A DNA stretch of 32,000 bases, taken from the NCBI RefSeq assembly GCF_000195955.2, contig NC_000962.3, positions 2,100,001-2,132,000 on the forward strand. The letters run 5' to 3'. The stretch is from Mycobacterium tuberculosis H37Rv (GTDB taxonomy: Bacteria; Actinomycetota; Actinomycetes; Mycobacteriales; Mycobacteriaceae). The translations under genes were made by a program, and so were the position numbers. Below are positions 25,904 to 32,000 of this stretch, piece after piece. The notes under the pieces are model-generated. The model was given only the letters and a program-made list of their open reading frames with translations. It was not told the DNA's origin and did no database searches. Positions within the stretch are counted from its first letter, which is position 1, and every line of letters starts with the position of its first letter.

Positions 25904-27967
25904 ATGGCGGGCCCCACAGCACCGACCACTGCCCCCACCGCAATCCGAGCCGGTGGCCCGCTGCTCAGTCCGGTGCGACGCAACATTATTTTCACCGCAC
26001 TTGTGTTCGGGGTGCTGGTCGCTGCGACCGGCCAAACCATCGTTGTGCCCGCATTGCCGACGATCGTCGCCGAGCTGGGCAGCACCGTTGACCAGTCGTG
26101 GGCGGTCACCAGCTATCTGCTGGGGGGAACTGTCGTGGTTGTGGTGGCTGGCAAGCTCGGTGATCTGCTCGGCCGCAACAGGGTGCTGCTAGGCTCCGTC
26201 GTGGTCTTCGTCGTTGGCTCTGTGCTGTGCGGGTTATCGCAGACGATGACCATGCTGGCGATCTCTCGCGCACTGCAGGGCGTCGGTGCCGGTGCGATTT
26301 CCGTCACCGCCTACGCGCTGGCCGCTGAGGTGGTCCCACTGCGGGACCGTGGCCGCTACCAGGGCGTCTTAGGTGCGGTGTTCGGTGTCAACACGGTCAC
26401 CGGTCCGCTGCTGGGGGGCTGGCTCACCGACTATCTGAGCTGGCGGTGGGCGTTTTGGATCAACGTGCCGGTTTCGATCGCGGTGCTGACAGTGGCGGCA
26501 ACCGCCGTCCCTGCGTTGGCCCGACCGCCCAAACCGGTCATCGACTACCTTGGGATCCTGGTCATCGCTGTGGCCACGACCGCTTTGATCATGGCCACAA
26601 GTTGGGGCGGAACCACCTACGCCTGGGGCTCAGCGACCATTGTCGGGCTGTTGATCGGGGCCGCAGTGGCGCTGGGTTTCTTCGTGTGGCTGGAGGGCCG
26701 CGCCGCTGCGGCCATCCTGCCGCCCAGGCTGTTTGGCAGCCCAGTATTTGCCGTGTGCTGCGTCCTGTCCTTCGTGGTCGGATTCGCGATGCTGGGTGCA
26801 CTGACCTTCGTACCGATCTATCTGGGGTACGTGGACGGCGCGTCGGCGACCGCGTCAGGTCTGCGCACGTTGCCGATGGTGATCGGCCTGCTGATCGCCT
26901 CGACCGGGACGGGTGTCCTGGTCGGCCGGACGGGCCGCTACAAGATCTTCCCGGTCGCGGGGATGGCGCTGATGGCGGTTGCGTTCCTGCTGATGTCGCA
27001 GATGGACGAGTGGACGCCACCGCTGCTGCAATCGCTGTACCTGGTCGTCCTAGGTGCCGGCATCGGATTGTCCATGCAGGTGCTCGTTCTCATCGTGCAG
27101 AACACGTCGTCTTTCGAAGACCTCGGCGTCGCAACATCGGGTGTGACCTTCTTCCGGGTGGTCGGCGCCTCGTTTGGTACCGCAACATTCGGTGCGTTGT
27201 TCGTAAACTTCCTGGACCGAAGACTCGGTTCCGCGCTGACGTCGGGCGCCGTGCCTGTCCCGGCAGTGCCATCTCCGGCTGTCTTGCATCAGCTGCCCCA
27301 GAGCATGGCCGCCCCGATCGTGCGGGCATATGCCGAGTCGCTCACCCAGGTGTTCCTTTGCGCGGTCTCGGTCACGGTGGTCGGTTTCATCCTGGCGCTG
27401 TTGCTGCGAGAGGTACCGCTCACCGACATCCACGATGACGCCGACGACCTCGGCGACGGGTTCGGTGTGCCCAGAGCCGAATCGCCGGAGGATGTGTTGG
27501 AAATCGCGGTTCGGCGTATGCTGCCGAACGGGGTGCGACTGCGCGATATTGCGACACAACCCGGTTGCGGACTCGGCGTCGCCGAGCTGTGGGCCCTTCT
27601 GCGGATCTATCAATACCAGCGGCTGTTCGAGGCAGTACGGCTGACCGATATCGGTAGACACCTGCACGTGCCCTATCAGGTCTTTGAACCCGTCTTCGAC
27701 CGTCTGGTCCAGACCGGCTACGCGGCACGCGACGGCGACATCTTGACGCTAACCCCGTCCGGGCACCGTCAGGTCGACTCCCTCGCAGTTTTGATCCGTC
27801 AGTGGCTGCTCGACCACTTGGCCGTGGCGCCCGGCTTGAAGCGACAGCCAGACCACCAATTCGAAGCCGCTCTGCAGCACGTCACCGACGCGGTGCTCGT
27901 TCAACGAGACTGGTATGAAGATCTGGGCGACCTGTCGGAATCACGCCAACTCGCGGCTACAACGTAG
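25904..27967 (+). CDS. MFS (14-TM, DHA2-like) transporter with ~170 aa cytoplasmic C-terminal domain, 687 aa
   Basis: DQSWAVTSYLLGGTVVVVVAGKLGDLLGRNRVLL motif A; AISRALQGVGAGAISVTAYAL; C-terminal LRDIATQPGCGLGVAELWALLRIYQYQ...LTDIGRHLHVPYQVFEPVFDRLVQTGYAARDGDILTLTPSGHRQV. Confidence 0.93.
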   Translation: MAGPTAPTTAPTAIRAGGPLLSPVRRNIIFTALVFGVLVAATGQTIVVPALPTIVAELGSTVDQSWAVTSYLLGGTVVVVVAGKLGDLLGRNRVLLGSVVVFVVGSVLCGLSQTMTMLAISRALQGVGAGAISVTAYALAAEVVPLRDRGRYQGVLGAVFGVNTVTGPLLGGWLTDYLSWRWAFWINVPVSIAVLTVAATAVPALARPPKPVIDYLGILVIAVATTALIMATSWGGTTYAWGSATIVGLLIGAAVALGFFVWLEGRAAAAILPPRLFGSPVFAVCCVLSFVVGFAMLGALTFVPIYLGYVDGASATASGLRTLPMVIGLLIASTGTGVLVGRTGRYKIFPVAGMALMAVAFLLMSQMDEWTPPLLQSLYLVVLGAGIGLSMQVLVLIVQNTSSFEDLGVATSGVTFFRVVGASFGTATFGALFVNFLDRRLGSALTSGAVPVPAVPSPAVLHQLPQSMAAPIVRAYAESLTQVFLCAVSVTVVGFILALLLREVPLTDIHDDADDLGDGFGVPRAESPEDVLEIAVRRMLPNGVRLRDIATQPGCGLGVAELWALLRIYQYQRLFEAVRLTDIGRHLHVPYQVFEPVFDRLVQTGYAARDGDILTLTPSGHRQVDSLAVLIRQWLLDHLAVAPGLKRQPDHQFEAALQHVTDAVLVQRDWYEDLGDLSESRQLAATT

Positions 27968-28021
27968 CGATGCTTGCCGCGCGTAGCCGCGCGAGCTGAT
28001 CCGCGCTGCAGAATGACTGCC

Positions 28022-29374
28022 ATGACAGCCACACCGCTTGCCGCGGCCGCGATCGCCCAATTGGAGGCAGAGGGCGTCGACACCGTCATCGGCACCGTCG
28101 TGAACCCCGCCGGACTCACCCAGGCCAAGACCGTGCCGATACGCCGGACCAACACATTCGCCAATCCTGGCCTCGGCGCCAGTCCGGTGTGGCATACCTT
28201 CTGTATCGACCAATGCAGTATTGCATTCACCGCAGACATCAGTGTGGTCGGCGATCAACGTCTCCGCATCGATCTGTCCGCCTTGCGCATCATCGGCGAC
28301 GGGTTGGCGTGGGCGCCCGCCGGGTTCTTCGAGCAGGACGGCACACCGGTCCCCGCCTGCAGCCGAGGAACACTGAGCCGGATCGAGGCCGCGCTTGCTG
28401 ATGCCGGCATCGACGCGGTAATCGGCCACGAAGTCGAATTCCTCTTGGTCGACGCGGACGGCCAGCGGCTGCCTTCGACGCTGTGGGCGCAGTACGGTGT
28501 CGCCGGGGTGCTCGAGCACGAGGCGTTCGTCCGCGATGTCAACGCCGCGGCAACGGCAGCAGGCATCGCTATCGAGCAGTTCCATCCCGAATACGGTGCC
28601 AACCAATTCGAGATCTCGTTAGCGCCGCAGCCGCCGGTCGCGGCCGCCGATCAGCTGGTGCTGACCCGCCTCATCATCGGCCGTACCGCCCGCCGGCACG
28701 GGTTACGCGTGAGCCTATCGCCAGCGCCCTTCGCCGGAAGTATCGGATCCGGTGCCCACCAACACTTCTCGCTGACTATGTCGGAAGGGATGCTGTTCTC
28801 CGGTGGGACTGGAGCAGCTGGCATGACCTCGGCCGGGGAGGCCGCGGTGGCAGGAGTGCTTCGCGGACTACCGGACGCCCAAGGCATCCTGTGCGGATCG
28901 ATCGTGTCCGGTCTGCGAATGCGACCCGGTAACTGGGCCGGAATCTATGCATGCTGGGGTACCGAAAACCGGGAAGCGGCGGTGCGATTCGTCAAGGGCG
29001 GGGCTGGCAGCGCGTACGGCGGGAACGTGGAGGTGAAGGTCGTCGACCCGTCGGCCAACCCGTATCTCGCGTCGGCGGCGATCCTCGGACTGGCACTCGA
29101 CGGCATGAAGACCAAGGCGGTGTTGCCGTCGGAAACGACCGTAGACCCGACACAGCTGTCTGACGTGGATCGTGACCGTGCCGGCATTCTGCGACTTGCT
29201 GCCGATCAGGCGGATGCAATTGCTGTACTGGATAGTTCGAAACTGCTTCGGTGCATCCTTGGCGATCCCGTGGTAGATGCCGTGGTCGCGGTACGCCAGT
29301 TAGAGCATGAGCGCTACGGTGACCTCGATCCTGCGCAGCTGGCCGACAAGTTCCGGATGGCTTGGAGTGTGTAA
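28022..29374 (+). CDS. glnA3: Glutamine synthetase-like protein GlnA3, 450 aa
   Basis: GHEVEFLLVDADG, FHPEYGANQFEISLAPQPP, GSGAHQHFSL, NREAAVRFV, NPYLASAAILG. Confidence 0.92.
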   Translation: MTATPLAAAAIAQLEAEGVDTVIGTVVNPAGLTQAKTVPIRRTNTFANPGLGASPVWHTFCIDQCSIAFTADISVVGDQRLRIDLSALRIIGDGLAWAPAGFFEQDGTPVPACSRGTLSRIEAALADAGIDAVIGHEVEFLLVDADGQRLPSTLWAQYGVAGVLEHEAFVRDVNAAATAAGIAIEQFHPEYGANQFEISLAPQPPVAAADQLVLTRLIIGRTARRHGLRVSLSPAPFAGSIGSGAHQHFSLTMSEGMLFSGGTGAAGMTSAGEAAVAGVLRGLPDAQGILCGSIVSGLRMRPGNWAGIYACWGTENREAAVRFVKGGAGSAYGGNVEVKVVDPSANPYLASAAILGLALDGMKTKAVLPSETTVDPTQLSDVDRDRAGILRLAADQADAIAVLDSSKLLRCILGDPVVDAVVAVRQLEHERYGDLDPAQLADKFRMAWSV

Positions 29375-29376
29375 CG

Positions 29377-30513
29377 ATGGCCGACTCCGCCGGTTCGGAC
29401 CTGACGCGGCACACGGCCGAAGTGCCGTTGATCGATCAGCACGTCCACGGATGCTGGCTGACCGAGGGGAACCGGCGGCGGTTCGAGAACGCGCTCAATG
29501 AGGCCAACACCGAACCCCTGGCAGACTTCGACTCGGGATTCGACTCACAACTCGGGTTCGCCGTGCGCAACCACTGCGCTCCCATCCTTGGATTGCCTAG
29601 GCACGTTGATCCGCAGACTTATTGGGATCGCCGCAGTCAATTCAGTGAAGCTGAATTGGCTCGCAGATTTCTGCAGGCCGCCGGGGTAACCGACTGGCTG
29701 GTGGAGACCGGAATCGGCTACGACGTGTCCGGAATGGCAAGCGTCGCCGGCCTCGGCGAACTGTCGGGCAGCCACGCTCACGAGGTGGTTCGTCTTGAAC
29801 AGGTGGCCGAACAGGCCGTGCAGGCATCCGGCGACTACGCCTCGGCGTTCAACGAGATACTGCGCCGGCGCGCAGCCACAGCGGTGGCAACCAAGTCCAT
29901 CCTGGCCTATCGAGGTGGATTCGACGGTGATCTGACCGAGCCACCCGCGGCGCAGGTCGCCGAGGCCGCCAAGCGCTGGCGCGACCGTGGCGGTGTCCGA
30001 TTACAGGATCGGGTTCTGCTGCGCTTCGGGTTGCATCAGGCGTTGCGCCTGGGCAAGCCGCTGCAGTTCCACGTCGGATTTGGCGACCGGGACGCTGATC
30101 TGCACAAGGCCAATCCGCTGTATCTGCTCGACTTCCTGCGGCAGTCCGGCAATACCCCAATCGTGTTGCTGCACTGCTATCCCTACGAACGAGAAGCCGG
30201 TTATCTGGCACAAGCCTTCAACAACGTCTATCTTGACGGCGGGTTGAGTGTGCACTACCTGGGGGCCCGGTCGCCGGCCTTCATCGGCCGACTACTGGAG
30301 CTTGCCCCCTTCCGCAAGATCGTGTACTCGTCGGACGGATTCGGCCCCGCGGAACTGCACTTTCTCGGTGCAACGTTGTGGCGCAGTGGAATTCAGCGTG
30401 TTCTGCGTGGCTTTGTCGAGCGCGACGACTGGTGCGAGACCGATGCCCTGCGGGTGGTCGACCTAATTGCCCATGGCACTGCCGCACGCATCTATCGCCT
30501 TGGCGATCGGTAG
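29377..30513 (+). CDS. Amidohydrolase-superfamily protein, 378 aa
   Basis: VPLIDQHVHGCWLT metal-binding H-x-H, LQFHVGFGDRDADLHKANPLYLLDFLRQSGNTPIVLLHCYPYEREAGYLAQAFNNVYLDGGLSVHYLG, KIVYSSDGFGPAELHFLG. Confidence 0.9.
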   Translation: MADSAGSDLTRHTAEVPLIDQHVHGCWLTEGNRRRFENALNEANTEPLADFDSGFDSQLGFAVRNHCAPILGLPRHVDPQTYWDRRSQFSEAELARRFLQAAGVTDWLVETGIGYDVSGMASVAGLGELSGSHAHEVVRLEQVAEQAVQASGDYASAFNEILRRRAATAVATKSILAYRGGFDGDLTEPPAAQVAEAAKRWRDRGGVRLQDRVLLRFGLHQALRLGKPLQFHVGFGDRDADLHKANPLYLLDFLRQSGNTPIVLLHCYPYEREAGYLAQAFNNVYLDGGLSVHYLGARSPAFIGRLLELAPFRKIVYSSDGFGPAELHFLGATLWRSGIQRVLRGFVERDDWCETDALRVVDLIAHGTAARIYRLGDR

Positions 30514-30540
30514 CTTTCAGGTGGCGCAAGTGTGGCCCCG

Positions 30541-31857
30541 TCACGGGCTAACCATGGACCGTGCCGGACCCAGTGTCACCGGCAGCGTCGACCAACCGCG
30601 CAGCACCCGCGTGTCACGCCGACTTCCGGCACCCGCGGCCCGCACATCGGGGAAGCGGTCGAAGAACGTTCTCAGCCCGACCTCGCCTTCGGCGCGGGCC
30701 AGGGCGGCCCCCAGGCAGAAGTGGCGGCCGGTAGAGAACGCAAGATGTCGTCCGGCATTGGGGCGTTCGATGTCAAAGCGGTGCGGATCCGGGAACACAG
30801 CGGGATCGCGGTTGGCGGCTGCTAGGTAGATCACCACGACTTCGCCGCGTTTGATTCGCACACCAGCCACCTCGACGTCACGGCAAGCCACCCGGGCGGT
30901 GAGCTGAACCGGCGAATCCAGCCGCAGGATTTCTTCAACCGTATTCGGCCACAGCTCCGGATGTTGGCGCAGTGTGGCCAGATGTTCGGGGGTATCCAAC
31001 AACATGCGAATCCCGTTGCCTAACAGGTTCACTGTGGTTTCGAATCCGGCGACCAAAACCAGTCCGGCGATCGCCCGAAGTTCGGTCTCGTCGAGCTGTG
31101 TCTCGTTGTCCCCGCTTTCGGCGATCTGGATCAACTGACTCATCAGGTCGTCACCCGGAGCGTGCCGCAACTGCTGCAGATGCCCTTCCAGCCAGCAGTC
31201 GAATCCTCGTATCCCCTGCTGCACACGCAGGTACTGCCGCCACGGAATCCCGATGTCTAGACTCGGCGCTGCCAACTCACCAAATTCCAGGACGCGCGGC
31301 CTGTCATGCTCGGGCACGCCCAAAATTTCGCTGATGACCACGATCGGCAGTTGCGAGCAATAGCGTCCTACGACGTCCACAATCCCGGGCTGCTCAGCGA
31401 ACCGATCCAAGAGATTGATCGCGGTCTGTTCGACCAGATCGCGTAGCGCGCTGACCGCCCGTGAGGTGAACACCGCCGACACCGTTTTGCGGTAGCGAGT
31501 GTGATCGGGCGGCTCGACGGCCAGCAGCGAAGGTTCTCGCAGGGGGTGAAGTTGATCGCCGCGGGTCCGCCGCTCCAGCCAGCGCAGCGGTGGTGGCAGA
31601 TTCTCGCCGAAGGAGACGACGCGGAAGTCGTCCGATCGCAGCAGGTCATGGGCGAGCCGATGGTCGACGGTCAGGTAGTTGGCGCGGTTGCGCACCAGGG
31701 CGCCGTGGGACCGGACTTCGTCGTAAAAGGGCACCGGATCGGTGGCGACGGCCGGATCCGCGATCAGCCGGGCCTGCAAGTCGCCACGCCGAATCCCGAT
31801 TGCCGCAATGCCGCGGATCACCCCGTGCATCGCCAACCAGTGCAGCTTGTCCTTCAC
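30541..31857 (-). CDS. cyp140: Cytochrome P450 140, 438 aa
   Basis: Heme motif FSTGRHFCLGAALARAE, I-helix VLVAGFETTVNLLG, ExxR ELRAIAG/EILRLDSP region. Confidence 0.93.
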   Translation of the reverse strand: MKDKLHWLAMHGVIRGIAAIGIRRGDLQARLIADPAVATDPVPFYDEVRSHGALVRNRANYLTVDHRLAHDLLRSDDFRVVSFGENLPPPLRWLERRTRGDQLHPLREPSLLAVEPPDHTRYRKTVSAVFTSRAVSALRDLVEQTAINLLDRFAEQPGIVDVVGRYCSQLPIVVISEILGVPEHDRPRVLEFGELAAPSLDIGIPWRQYLRVQQGIRGFDCWLEGHLQQLRHAPGDDLMSQLIQIAESGDNETQLDETELRAIAGLVLVAGFETTVNLLGNGIRMLLDTPEHLATLRQHPELWPNTVEEILRLDSPVQLTARVACRDVEVAGVRIKRGEVVVIYLAAANRDPAVFPDPHRFDIERPNAGRHLAFSTGRHFCLGAALARAEGEVGLRTFFDRFPDVRAAGAGSRRDTRVLRGWSTLPVTLGPARSMVSP

Positions 31858-31906
31858 CGCGCCTCCGTCGATCGAGTGGCTTTTCTTCAAGACTAGAACC
31901 CGCAAT

Positions 31907-32000
31907 TCAACATTCGGCGAGGATGTTGAAGTCTGTTGACACCACCGTGTTGGGTTTTTTGCTGCTGATGCCGTAGGCACTGCCGGCAACTGTGTATGTG
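31907..32000 (-). CDS. lppE: LpqH-like lipoprotein LppE, C-terminal fragment (runs off window)
   Basis: Minus strand 31999->31907 translates TYTVAGSAYGISSKKPNTVVSTDFNILAEC*, similar to the C-terminus of LpqH-family lipoproteins; not in the supplied ORF list because it has no internal start. Confidence 0.78.
   Translation of the reverse strand, partial: TYTVAGSAYGISSKKPNTVVSTDFNILAEC

Noticed and set aside
26446-27438. 330 aa alternative-frame plus-strand ORF inside the MFS gene
   Set aside because: Arg/Gly-rich shadow frame of a clear 687 aa membrane protein.
31858-31989. N-terminal extension of cyp140 (482 aa version)
   Set aside because: It overlaps the 3' end of the lppE-like gene in another frame and has no P450-like content; GTG at 31857 is more plausible.
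1-32000. CRISPR array, insertion sequence, prophage, toxin-antitoxin, tRNA or rRNA
   Set aside because: No regularly spaced repeats, transposase or integrase motifs, paired small TA-type ORFs or structured RNA gene signatures were recognised in the sequence.

Overview
The window is ordinary, gene-dense actinobacterial chromosome. Protein content and order match, from memory, the Mycobacterium tuberculosis complex block around Rv1851-Rv1881c; this was not database-checked. Order: ureF(partial)-ureG-ureD, convergent ndh, an LLM-class oxidoreductase, a degenerate SDR, modA-modB-modC, apa, a small membrane protein, adhA, a CPBP protease / MOSC / SDR minus-strand operon, then a double CoA-transferase III, a thiolase-like protein and an NAD-epimerase-like multidomain protein, a ferredoxin reductase, an HhH-domain protein, a DUF385/Ddn-like protein, lldD2, a DUF1810 protein, an EthD-like protein, a PPOX/F420 protein, a small Bfd-like ferredoxin, bfrA with tandem IdeR-like boxes, an MFS transporter with a cytoplasmic C-terminal domain, glnA3, an amidohydrolase, cyp140 and the 3' end of lppE. 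I see no CRISPR array, IS element, prophage, tRNA, rRNA or clear defence island. The most useful second looks are: (1) the small Bfd-like [2Fe-2S] ORF divergent from bfrA across tandem IdeR boxes; (2) the unexplained, hairpin-rich ~450 nt gap between apa and the next gene, including a minus-strand terminator-like hairpin; (3) the unusual gene set and domain fusions at 13.0-19.4 kb; (4) the MFS protein with a probable winged-helix tail; (5) the glutamine-synthetase-like/amidohydrolase pair resembling a split FluG; (6) enzyme-fold proteins that seem to lack catalytic residues. I found no convincing wholly novel system.
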